Assembly (NCBI GenBank): GCA_041651195.1
Contig: JBAZJR010000005.1
Span: 33 to 64,032, forward strand
Source of the DNA: Patescibacteria group bacterium
GTDB lineage: Bacteria; Patescibacteriota; Patescibacteriia; Patescibacteriales; UBA12465
Reading direction: 5' to 3'
DNA: 64,000 bases
The notes below the pieces were generated by a model. It saw nothing but the letters and a program-made list of their open reading frames with translations, made no database searches and was not told where the DNA came from. Shown one piece after another: positions 44,267 through 52,789 of this stretch. The position numbers and the translations under genes were made by a program. Each line of letters begins with the position of its first letter. Position 1 is the stretch's first letter.

Positions 44267-44959
44267 ATGTCAATATTGCAAAAAATGGGTGACGAAATAG
44301 TGCCTTTGAGTAGCAAGCAATCCCTTGTTTTATTAGTAATTATCACCTGTATCTTCGAATTTGTCTTATTTTACACTCCGGCCCTGGCTGACGCAGCTGT
44401 CCAAGCTAAAACCCAGTCTCCTGCCGTTCAGGAAGAGCTCTTAGTCAACGATGTCTTGGCCAAAGACTCTGATATCAATGAAGAGGCCGCTAAATTAACT
44501 AAACCGGTGCTTGAGCCAAACCTCGAAACCTCGGAGCCTGTCTCTCGCGATACTGACGCGACCCCAGAAACTGCGATCTCTAGTCCGCAAAACCCTGAAA
44601 ATACAGATGCCCAAGGAAGAGGGCGCCTGCCAGAAGCTGGGCCGGCTTATAAAGTCATCAATAACAGCTCCCATGTCATTACCGCTTATAATTCAGAGGC
44701 GGCACAGACCGATGATAGTCCCTGTATCACCGCTAACGGCTTCAACGTCTGTACCCATGGCGTAGAAGACACCATCGCGGCCAACTTCTTAAAATTCGGC
44801 ACCAAAGTCAAGATTCCCGAATTATTCGGCGATCGGATATTCATCGTTCGCGACCGTATGAATTCTCGATACACCAGCCGTGTCGATGTCTGGATGAAAG
44901 AAAAAAAAGATGCGCTGCGTTTCGGCGTTAAAGTCGCCCAAATACAAGTCGTTGAATAA
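44267..44959 (+). CDS. membrane-anchored 3D-domain (MltA/YuiC-like) cell-wall-binding/lytic protein
   Basis: N-terminal TM segment and a low-complexity linker. The C-terminal ..AYNSEAAQTDDSPCITANG..IAANFLKFGTKVKIPELFGDRIFIVRDRMNSRYTSRVDVWM follows the 3D domain pattern. Confidence 0.7.
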   Translation: MSILQKMGDEIVPLSSKQSLVLLVIITCIFEFVLFYTPALADAAVQAKTQSPAVQEELLVNDVLAKDSDINEEAAKLTKPVLEPNLETSEPVSRDTDATPETAISSPQNPENTDAQGRGRLPEAGPAYKVINNSSHVITAYNSEAAQTDDSPCITANGFNVCTHGVEDTIAANFLKFGTKVKIPELFGDRIFIVRDRMNSRYTSRVDVWMKEKKDALRFGVKVAQIQVVE

Positions 44960-44983
44960 CCCTCTTACAAATGATTAATTAAC

Positions 44984-45012
44984 AAAAGCCCTGGCCTGAG
45001 CCAGGGCTTTTT
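44984..45012. terminator. bidirectional intrinsic terminator
   Basis: AAAAGCCCTGGC/ctga/GCCAGGGCTTTTT between the 3D gene (+) and ppsA (-). Confidence 0.75.
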
Positions 45013-45044
45013 GGTAACTATAAAATTTTAATATCCGCGATTGC

Positions 45045-47456
45045 TTAAAAGAAAAAACTTAAAAAACCCTTGCTCCGCCTTATTTCTTTTTCTTTTTTGG
45101 CAATCGCCAGAGTCGTAGCGATAACGGTATCCGGATTTAAAGAGATGCTATCGATCCCTTCTTCTACCAAGAATTCAGCAAAATCAGGAAAATCGCTTGG
45201 CCCCTGGCCGCAGATACCGACTTTACGCCGATGTTTCTTCGCGACCTTGATAAGCTGGCTGATCAGAGCTTTGACTGCCTCATTCTTCTCATTAGATACG
45301 CCAGCGACCTCCAGGGTTCCGCCGGAATCGCGATCGATGCCGAGAGTCAGCTGAGTCAGATCATTAGAGCCGATAGAAAAGCCGTCAAAAATACGGCAAA
45401 ACTGATCGGCTAGGATAATGTTAGATGGGATCTCTGCCATAACATATATTTCCAATCCATCTTGTCCGCGCTTCAAGCCATTAGCCGCCATCACTTCTTG
45501 GACCCGTCTTCCCTCTTCTACTGTCCGACAGAACGGAACCATGACTTTCAGATTCTTCAGGCCCATGGTTTCACGCACTTTCTTGATCGCCTGGCACTCT
45601 AGCTTGAAGGCTGGCAGAAACTGCGACGAATAATAGCGGCTGGCGCCCCGGAAACCGATCATCGGGTTAGATTCTACCGGCTCATACGCCTGGCCGCCGA
45701 TCAGATTAGCATATTCGTTAGTCTTAAAATCGCTTAGACGAACGACGACATCCTTAGGATAATAAGCGGCGGCGATCATCGCCACGCCTTGCGCCAGACG
45801 ATCGACAAAATATTGCGATTTATTCTTATAACCGATCGTCAACGCTGCGATCTTATTCTTAACGGCCTGATCCTTCAATTTTCTGAAATTAACCAAAGCT
45901 AAAGGATGGATCTTGATATAATTATTGATGATGAATTCCAGGCGCGCTAAACCTACGCCGTCATTAGGGATAAAGGAGTGACTGAAAGCTAAATCCGGCT
46001 CGGCGATATTCATCATGATCTTGGTCTTTGGTTTTATCAGGTCTTTAATGCTAACTTTCTCAATCTTGAAAGGCAGCTTGCCTTCATAGACAAAACCTTC
46101 TTCGCCAGATGCGCAATCAACCGTGACTGCCTGGCCGCTCTTGATCCGAGCTGAGGCTTTCTCCGTCCCGACTACGCAAGGAATGCCTAATTCCCGGGAA
46201 ACGATGGCGGCGTGGCAGGTCCGCCCGCCCTTATCGGTTACGATAGCCGAAGCGATCTTCATGATCGGCTCCCAGTCTGGATCAGTCATATCGGTAACCA
46301 GCACTTGGCCAGCCTTAAAATTATTGATATCCTTTATCTCCATGATCCGATTAACCGTGCCGGCACCGATCCGATTACCGACGCTCTGTCCAGCCACTAG
46401 AACCCGGCCCTTCTTGGCTAATTTATAAGTTTCTATCACGTGCCAATCTTTCTGGCTCTGGACGGTTTCCGGCCGCGCCTGGATAATATACATCTCTTGA
46501 TTCCGGCCGTCGACGGCAAATTCTATATCCATCGGCCGGCCATAATGTTCCTCGATCATCATCCCCCATTTAGCCAGCTGCCGGACCTGACGATCGGATA
46601 AAGACGGCTTCAACTGCTCGGCCGGAGCGATCGGAACATTCTTGACCGGGTTATTCCCCCGCAAATTATAGATCATCTTGATATTCTTCTTGCCCAAAGA
46701 GCGGGAGATGATCGCCCCCGTCGGCTTAAAGACATAAAATTCATCGGGAGTCACGTGCCCCTGGACGATATTTTCCCCCAGACCGAAGATAGAATTTATC
46801 AGAACCGTATTTTTAAAACCAGATTCCGTATCGATCGTGAACATCACACCGGACGCGCCCAGATCCGCCCGGATCATCTTTTGGATGCCGACCGAAAGCG
46901 CGATGGAAAAATGGTCAAATTTTTTATCAACCCGATAGGAGATCGCCCGATCGGTAAATAAGGAGGCGATACATTTGCGGACTGCCAGCAGAAGATCTTT
47001 TTCTCCCCGGACATTAAGGTAAGTCTCTTGCTGCCCGGCGAAAGAAGCATCCGGCAGGTCCTCGGCCGTCGCGCTGGATCGAACCGCGACATCAAGATTC
47101 TTGACTTTATATTCTCTTGATAATTCCCGATAGGCTTGCAAGATCGCCAATTGGAAATCTTTCGGCATCTCCGTCGCGATAATCAGTTTACGGATCGCCG
47201 CGCCGCGCCTCATCAGATCGCGGACGTTCTTAGTGTCCAAGCCCTTGAGGATTGTCTTTATTTTATCTTTTAACCCGGTGGACATCAGGAAGTGGTCATA
47301 AGCCTCGGCCGTAGTCGCGAATCCGTTTGGTATTTTAATACCTTTCTTAGATAAGCGGACGAACATCTCGCCGAGCGAGGCGTTCTTACCGCCCACTTGC
47401 GGCACATTCTTGATTGATAATTCTTTAAAAACCCGGACAAATTTGTTTGGCAACAT
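45045..47456 (-). CDS. ppsA: phosphoenolpyruvate synthase (pyruvate, water dikinase)
   Basis: N-terminal VGGKNASLGEM, phosphohistidine region TDKGGRTCHAAIVSRELGIPCVVG, C-terminal PEP-utilising TIM barrel ..FSIGSNDLTQLTLG.. Confidence 0.9.
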   Translation of the reverse strand: MLPNKFVRVFKELSIKNVPQVGGKNASLGEMFVRLSKKGIKIPNGFATTAEAYDHFLMSTGLKDKIKTILKGLDTKNVRDLMRRGAAIRKLIIATEMPKDFQLAILQAYRELSREYKVKNLDVAVRSSATAEDLPDASFAGQQETYLNVRGEKDLLLAVRKCIASLFTDRAISYRVDKKFDHFSIALSVGIQKMIRADLGASGVMFTIDTESGFKNTVLINSIFGLGENIVQGHVTPDEFYVFKPTGAIISRSLGKKNIKMIYNLRGNNPVKNVPIAPAEQLKPSLSDRQVRQLAKWGMMIEEHYGRPMDIEFAVDGRNQEMYIIQARPETVQSQKDWHVIETYKLAKKGRVLVAGQSVGNRIGAGTVNRIMEIKDINNFKAGQVLVTDMTDPDWEPIMKIASAIVTDKGGRTCHAAIVSRELGIPCVVGTEKASARIKSGQAVTVDCASGEEGFVYEGKLPFKIEKVSIKDLIKPKTKIMMNIAEPDLAFSHSFIPNDGVGLARLEFIINNYIKIHPLALVNFRKLKDQAVKNKIAALTIGYKNKSQYFVDRLAQGVAMIAAAYYPKDVVVRLSDFKTNEYANLIGGQAYEPVESNPMIGFRGASRYYSSQFLPAFKLECQAIKKVRETMGLKNLKVMVPFCRTVEEGRRVQEVMAANGLKRGQDGLEIYVMAEIPSNIILADQFCRIFDGFSIGSNDLTQLTLGIDRDSGGTLEVAGVSNEKNEAVKALISQLIKVAKKHRRKVGICGQGPSDFPDFAEFLVEEGIDSISLNPDTVIATTLAIAKKEKEIRRSKGFLSFFF

Positions 47457-47500
47457 AAAAAGATTTATTTTTAAATTTATGCTCCTATTATAACATAAAC

Positions 47501-47529
47501 TTTACTTTATAAAAATAATTGCCTAATAT
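47501..47529 (+). promoter_or_regulatory. sigma70-like promoter driving tRNA-Leu(TAG)-lgt-MFS
   Basis: TTTACT, 17-nt spacer, TAATAT. The tRNA begins 9 nt after the -10 element. Confidence 0.5.
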
Positions 47530-47538
47530 ATAAACCAG

Positions 47539-47620
47539 GCGGACGTGGCGAAATTGGTAGACGCACTAGCCTTAGGAGCTAGCGGGGCAACCCTTGAGAG
47601 TTCGAGTCTCTCCGTCCGCA
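47539..47620 (+). tRNA. tRNA-Leu (anticodon TAG), long variable arm
   Basis: GCGGACG TG GCG AAATTGGTAGA CGC A CTAGC CTTAGGA GCTAG CGGGGCAACCCTT GAGAG TTCGAGT CTCTC CGTCCGC A. Confidence 0.9.
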
Positions 47621-47621
47621 C

Positions 47622-48449
47622 ATGATTAACTTCCTCCACACCTTCCAACCATCCGCCATTCTTTTCTCATACGGACCGATTACGATCTATTGGTACGGAT
47701 TTTTTATGGTCTTGGCGATCCTGACGGCGCTTGCTTTGAGCTTCTGGATGGCAAAGCTTTATGGCATTCCTCGCGAAACGGTCTTTGACCTGGCCTTCTG
47801 GCTGATTATCGGCGGCCTCTTAGGCGCGCGCATCTATGACGACTTATTACAGCTTCCTTACTACCTGCAGCATCCGCTGCAGATATTTTCCGTCTGGAAT
47901 GGGGGGCTAGCTATCCATGGCGCGCTCATCGCCGGCTGGCTAGTGGCTTGGTTTTTTGCCAAACGACGAGGAATAAGCTTTTGGCGTCTCGTCGCCTTAA
48001 TCGCTCCAGGCTTAGCCCTTGGCCAAGCGATTGGGCGCTGGGGGAATTACTTTAACCAGGAAATTTTTGGCCTTCCGACTGCCTGGGTTTGGGGCATCCC
48101 CATCGAAGCTGCCAACCGCCCGCTGCAATATATCTCTAACCAGTATTTCCATCCGACTTTCTTATATGAAAGCCTAGGTTGCCTGCTGATCAGCGCGATT
48201 CTAGTTATATTTAACGTTTATCGGCTCAAAAATGGCCGCCAAGAACGCTATTTCGATATTTTGGCAGTAGCTCTTTATGTGATATTATATTCTATATTGA
48301 GATTCAGTCTGGAATTTATCCGTTTAGACCCGACTCCGCTCTGGCTCGGCCTCCGCTGGCCGCAGGCCGTCAGCTTAAGCCTTATCGTTACCGCTATCTT
48401 ATTAATTTCCTTTAAACATCATGAACGCGAAAAAAACTCTCAAGGATAA
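47622..48449 (+). CDS. lgt: prolipoprotein diacylglyceryl transferase
   Basis: ..GPITIYWYGFFMVLAI.., ..GGLAIHGALI.., GRWGNYFNQE signature. The ATG is 1 nt after the tRNA-Leu discriminator base. Confidence 0.85.
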   Translation: MINFLHTFQPSAILFSYGPITIYWYGFFMVLAILTALALSFWMAKLYGIPRETVFDLAFWLIIGGLLGARIYDDLLQLPYYLQHPLQIFSVWNGGLAIHGALIAGWLVAWFFAKRRGISFWRLVALIAPGLALGQAIGRWGNYFNQEIFGLPTAWVWGIPIEAANRPLQYISNQYFHPTFLYESLGCLLISAILVIFNVYRLKNGRQERYFDILAVALYVILYSILRFSLEFIRLDPTPLWLGLRWPQAVSLSLIVTAILLISFKHHEREKNSQG

Positions 48450-49599
48450 AAATCACCATCGCCTATCCATCTTATATGTCCTTGCCCTGCTTTTAGCCTT
48501 TTCCGGCGCTCTGCCGGCCTATATCCAATCCAATTTTTTAGAACAATTCGTCGGCGTCCGGACGGTCAGCTTATTCTTCGTTATTGCTAATGCCTTAAGC
48601 GTCGTGGCTATCTTATTGTTCCCGGCTTTGATCAAAAATCTGACCAATTATTTCCTCACTAAGGTCGTTCTTGCCCTCTATCTAGCCTCTCTCTTGGGCC
48701 TCGCTCTCGCGGCCGAGCCGATCGTCGCCTTGGTTTCTATCGCCCTATTTACCATCTCGACCAACCTGGTTTGGATCAATATGGACATTCTCGTAGAATC
48801 ATTCTCCGATAATAAGATCACCGGCAAGATCCGGACAACTTACTTTACTTTCATCAATGCCAGCTGGATTATTTCACCGCTCCTATCTTCTTTCTTGATC
48901 AGTCGGGGGCAATACACCCTGTCTTTCCTTATTGCCGGCTTCATGCTCGTTCCTTTTTATCTGATCTTTGTCTACACCGGGAGAAAGCTGAAGCAGGCCG
49001 TAAAATACCAAGAAGAGGGGCTGCTCCTGACTTTGCGGAAAATGTGGAATAATAAGAATCTGCGCGGTATATTTTTTATCGCTCTTTTGCTCCAGTTATT
49101 CTTCAATTCAGCGGTCGTCTATATCCCGCTTTATCTTTTCCAAAATCTAGGCATGGACTGGAACTCCTTAGGAATAGTCTTCTCGATTATGCTTATCCCC
49201 TTCGTCCTGATAGAAATGCCAGCTGGGGTGTTCGCCGACCGTTACGGAACAAAAAAAATATTGGCGGCAGGCTTCACCATCCTGACGGTCTCGCTCTTCC
49301 TTTTCTATTATATCGCCGTGCCTAATATCTGGCTTTGGGCCCTCGTCTTATTTATCAGCCGTATCGGTGCCGCTTTAGTAGAGGCGATGCGCGAAACCTA
49401 TTTCTTCAAGATCGTCGATGTTGAATCTATCGGCTACATCAATATTTTCCGAGCAACCGCGCCACTGGGCTATGTCCTCGGCTCGAGCCTGGCGATCGCC
49501 ATCCTGTGCTTCTTCCCGATCAACTATGTTTTCCTATTTTTTGCGTTAATCATGCTTTCCGGCTTCGGCTTCATCGCCGCGCTTAAAGACACTAAATAA
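48421..49599 (+). CDS. MFS transporter
   Basis: About 12 TM segments with a central loop (..TGRKLKQAVKYQEEG..) and a ..GVFADRYGTKK.. motif. It overlaps the lgt 3' end by 29 nt. Confidence 0.7.
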   Translation: MNAKKTLKDKNHHRLSILYVLALLLAFSGALPAYIQSNFLEQFVGVRTVSLFFVIANALSVVAILLFPALIKNLTNYFLTKVVLALYLASLLGLALAAEPIVALVSIALFTISTNLVWINMDILVESFSDNKITGKIRTTYFTFINASWIISPLLSSFLISRGQYTLSFLIAGFMLVPFYLIFVYTGRKLKQAVKYQEEGLLLTLRKMWNNKNLRGIFFIALLLQLFFNSAVVYIPLYLFQNLGMDWNSLGIVFSIMLIPFVLIEMPAGVFADRYGTKKILAAGFTILTVSLFLFYYIAVPNIWLWALVLFISRIGAALVEAMRETYFFKIVDVESIGYINIFRATAPLGYVLGSSLAIAILCFFPINYVFLFFALIMLSGFGFIAALKDTK

Positions 49600-49622
49600 A
49601 CTCGAATGTAATAAAAGTTCAA

Positions 49623-49651
49623 TTGACTAAATAGCCATATTAAGCTTAAAT
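49623..49651 (+). promoter_or_regulatory. possible promoter for tRNA-Gly + glycosyltransferase
   Basis: TTGACT, 17-nt spacer, TTAAAT, about 20 nt before the tRNA. Confidence 0.4.
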
Positions 49652-49670
49652 ATAGGAGAATTAGTCTAAT

Positions 49671-49745
49671 GCGGGTATCGTATAGTGGTTATTACCTAAG
49701 GTTTCCAACCTTATGAGAGGGGTCCGATTCCCCTTACCCGCTCCA
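49671..49745 (+). tRNA. tRNA-Gly (anticodon TCC), CCA encoded
   Basis: GCGGGTA..TAAGG TTTCCAA CCTTA TGAG AGGGG TCCGATT CCCCT TACCCGC T CCA. The T-loop reads TCCGATT (C at the canonical U55 position). It is the only tRNA in the window with an encoded CCA. Confidence 0.8.
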
Positions 49746-49748
49746 TTT

Positions 49749-50828
49749 ATGACCTACATCTTCTTTATCCAGGGCGAGGGGCGTGGCCACTTAACCCAAG
49801 CCCTGACCCTGAAAGAAAAATTAGAAACACGCGGACACAAGGTTGCGGCCGTTGTGGTCAGCACGAAAGAAGGCGGACAACTGCCTTATTTTTTTCAAGA
49901 ACAGATAAATGCGCCTCTCTTTTCGATTATCAGCCCGAGCTTCGCGATAGATAGACAGGGGCAAGGCATAGACATATTAGCGACTATCAGCCTGACTTTA
50001 AAAAATTTGGTCCAATACCGGCGCTCATATCAAATGATCAAAAAAATCATCAATGACTATCAGCCCGACGCCTTAGTCAGCTTTTATGAACCGCTATCCG
50101 GTATCTACCACCGTTTAACCAAGGACCCCCGCCCCCTATACTGCTTAGGGCATCAATATTTTGTAGATCATCCGGATTTTAATTTCCCAGACGGACATAT
50201 ATTATCGCGCCTGGCCTTCCGAATGTATAACCGCCTTGGCACGTCTCCTCGCGGCACCAGGATCGCCCTTTCCTTCACTGCTGCAAATGATCAACCAGAT
50301 AAAAAATTATTAATCTGCCCGCCATTAATCAGGCAGGCCATTAAAGATAGGCGCCCGACGGTCAATAATTTTATATTGATTTATATCTTGAACGCGGGTT
50401 ACAGCGAAAAAATTAGCGCCTGGAGTCAGAAACATCCAGGCGTTAAAATAGAAGCCTTTTGGGGCCAAGCAGATAAGGCGACTATTAACAAAGATTTATG
50501 CTTTAATCCTCTAAGCGGCGATAGATTCATCGAGCTGCTTGCGTCTTGCCGCGCCTATGCCAGCACTGGCGGATTCGATTCTATCGCTGAAGCGGCATAT
50601 CTGCAAAAACCGATCTTGATGAATCCGACTAAGAACCATTTTGAACAGAAGTGCAACGCGGTCGATGCCATCCGGGCCGGGCTGGCGACCGTCACCGAAA
50701 ATTTTGATCTTTCCGCTCTCGATAATGAGCAAACAAAAACCCATTCACCGGAAGCCCTGCACCGCTTCAAAGAATGGGTTGATAATAATGATGATAAATT
50801 AGTCGAACTCTTAACGGAAAAATATTAA
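49749..50828 (+). CDS. GT-B fold glycosyltransferase (GT28/GT1, MurG/MJ1255-like)
   Basis: The ATG at 49749 (MTYIFFIQGEGRGHLTQALTL..) sits 3 nt after the tRNA CCA. The C-terminal ..ASTGGFDSIAEAAYLQKPILMNP...FEQKCNA.. resembles the GT-B nucleotide-sugar pocket. Confidence 0.55.
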   Translation: MTYIFFIQGEGRGHLTQALTLKEKLETRGHKVAAVVVSTKEGGQLPYFFQEQINAPLFSIISPSFAIDRQGQGIDILATISLTLKNLVQYRRSYQMIKKIINDYQPDALVSFYEPLSGIYHRLTKDPRPLYCLGHQYFVDHPDFNFPDGHILSRLAFRMYNRLGTSPRGTRIALSFTAANDQPDKKLLICPPLIRQAIKDRRPTVNNFILIYILNAGYSEKISAWSQKHPGVKIEAFWGQADKATINKDLCFNPLSGDRFIELLASCRAYASTGGFDSIAEAAYLQKPILMNPTKNHFEQKCNAVDAIRAGLATVTENFDLSALDNEQTKTHSPEALHRFKEWVDNNDDKLVELLTEKY

Positions 50829-50831
50829 ATA

Positions 50832-51839
50832 TTATTTAAATAACCTAGTGGCAATCCGCCAATATTCTGGATTACCATATTTTTTTTGCCAATACCACCA
50901 CTCGACTCCCCAAATATAAGTCCGGCGAAAATCTAAATCAATAGAGTATTGCAAATTAGCCTTGAATTGATCTAAGCTCATAGACCTGTCAATCTGATCC
51001 GAGGTTAGATAAGTCATCTTCCCTTGCGGCACCCAGGGCTCCGCCTGCAGCTCCATGACCATCAGACGATCGGGAGAAAGCCCGGCTAAACGCGCCTTTA
51101 GGCGATAATAGGAAACAGGCAGAGGAAAGCGTAAATAACCGAACCAGGAATTATAAACTACCCGATATAGAGTGCTGCCGAAAATATCGCCGATAGCTGC
51201 TTCTCGATGCCACCAGCTTAACTCGCCGGAACCGGTAATGATAACTTCGCGACTATCTAGGGACCGAACCAAGTCAAATTCCTGCCGCAAAAAATCTTCA
51301 TCAAGTGGCGGACAGACGCCGAAGCTTCCTAAGAACGGCTCGTTCTCTACCTGCCAGTATTCAACGCTCGGATTATCCCGATACCTCTCAACGATAGCCC
51401 GAATGGTCAATAAGGTATCATTATGGATAGCTTCCTGATCTTTAAGGTTAAGCCAGGCTGGGCTATGGCATTCCGGCCAACGCGGCACTCGACGGCCGAC
51501 ACTAAGGATAAAATTGACTCCCCGTTTCGAGCCTTCTTCGATCAAATAATCATATTTACTGAAATCATAAGCCCCCTCGATTTTTTCAATCTCATCCCAA
51601 TAGACGGGGATGCGGATCTGCTTAGCCTGCAATTCATCGAGAATAGCTGTATAAGTTTCCTGCCAATCCAACCCTAATTCATCACAAAATTTCGTAGAAA
51701 AGGTAACGCCAAAAAAATCAGGACGATGCTCTAAATCCTGCCGGAATGGATAATGGTCGGCAAATTTTAAAATATAGATCACCAAAACGGCCACCAAAAC
51801 GATTAATAACCACCAAATTTTTGATTTCGTAATCTGCAT
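50832..51839 (-). CDS. membrane-anchored TIM-barrel glycoside-hydrolase-like protein (clan GH-A)
   Basis: N-terminal TM segment; ..IPVYWDEIEKIEGAYDFSKYDYLI.. and the YWQVENEPF acid/base-type motif. Confidence 0.5.
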   Translation of the reverse strand: MQITKSKIWWLLIVLVAVLVIYILKFADHYPFRQDLEHRPDFFGVTFSTKFCDELGLDWQETYTAILDELQAKQIRIPVYWDEIEKIEGAYDFSKYDYLIEEGSKRGVNFILSVGRRVPRWPECHSPAWLNLKDQEAIHNDTLLTIRAIVERYRDNPSVEYWQVENEPFLGSFGVCPPLDEDFLRQEFDLVRSLDSREVIITGSGELSWWHREAAIGDIFGSTLYRVVYNSWFGYLRFPLPVSYYRLKARLAGLSPDRLMVMELQAEPWVPQGKMTYLTSDQIDRSMSLDQFKANLQYSIDLDFRRTYIWGVEWWYWQKKYGNPEYWRIATRLFK

Positions 51840-51842
51840 ATC

Positions 51843-52778
51843 TTAAAAAGCGATAAAATAAAGACCGAGCGCAACCAGAGCGACGGCAACAGTCTTTTGC
51901 GTCAAAATCCGCCAAGAAAAAGTTTCCCGCAAAAGCCGCGGCGCTAGCAAAGCTAAACCGGTGCTGGTAATCAACAAGAAGGCATACTGGACTCCCTGCA
52001 AAGCATTAACCAAAACGACTGAACCTAAAAAGATTGCGTAATTCTGTAAAATAAATCCTAAAGAACCAAAAACCTGATTAATAATTATTAAAAATTTATT
52101 TCGGCTCGGACCGGCGCCATTAAATGAAAAAATAATCGCTCGCCGATCATCACGATTGAGTAAAAATAGAGAAACGAACAGCGCTGCCCCTAAACGATTC
52201 CAGATGAAGGCGCTAACGAAAGGTTGCGCGCCATAAGCTTGCTTCGTGCTGATAAAATATAAGGAATAAGCTAAGGCTGAGAATATCGCGAGCCAGAGTC
52301 CATTTCTCTTATCCTCTTGAGATAATCTTAATTTACTAAACACCCGAGCCAGATAGCTCCGGGAGGCCGGCAAAAGAGCGATAACAAAGACGCCGGCCGA
52401 AATCAAAACTATCCCGGCCCATTGGCCAGCGTGAAATTGTTCCTGGAAGAATACTAAAGAAAATAACAAAGAAAATAATGGCGTCAAGCCGCCGACCAGA
52501 ACCAAGATCCGCGAAGCCTCGCCGCGATGGAGAGCCTCATAAAGGAGCCAGAGTGCGACCGCAAAAATAGCGCCATTCATTAAATCCCAGGCTAAAAGAG
52601 GCCAGCCTGGCCAAGCTAAGAACCAGGGGGCAGCGATAAAAACTGCTAATCCGAGAATACAGGCGATGAAAGCGTAAGATCGAGCGTTTCGCAGGACAGA
52701 TTCAACTAAAAATTTATCTAGCAGATTAACGATTGCGAGGATTAAATAAGCGGTAATCGCTACAGCCAGCCAAGACAT
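51843..52778 (-). CDS. EamA/DMT-family transporter-like membrane protein
   Basis: About 10 TM segments in two similar halves. Confidence 0.55.
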   Translation of the reverse strand: MSWLAVAITAYLILAIVNLLDKFLVESVLRNARSYAFIACILGLAVFIAAPWFLAWPGWPLLAWDLMNGAIFAVALWLLYEALHRGEASRILVLVGGLTPLFSLLFSLVFFQEQFHAGQWAGIVLISAGVFVIALLPASRSYLARVFSKLRLSQEDKRNGLWLAIFSALAYSLYFISTKQAYGAQPFVSAFIWNRLGAALFVSLFLLNRDDRRAIIFSFNGAGPSRNKFLIIINQVFGSLGFILQNYAIFLGSVVLVNALQGVQYAFLLITSTGLALLAPRLLRETFSWRILTQKTVAVALVALGLYFIAF

Positions 52779-52789
52779 AATTTATAAGA

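Noticed and set aside
45070-47095. Several 60-100-aa ORFs on both strands inside ppsA
   Set aside because: They are nested in a well-supported 803-aa PEP synthase reading frame and have no motifs.
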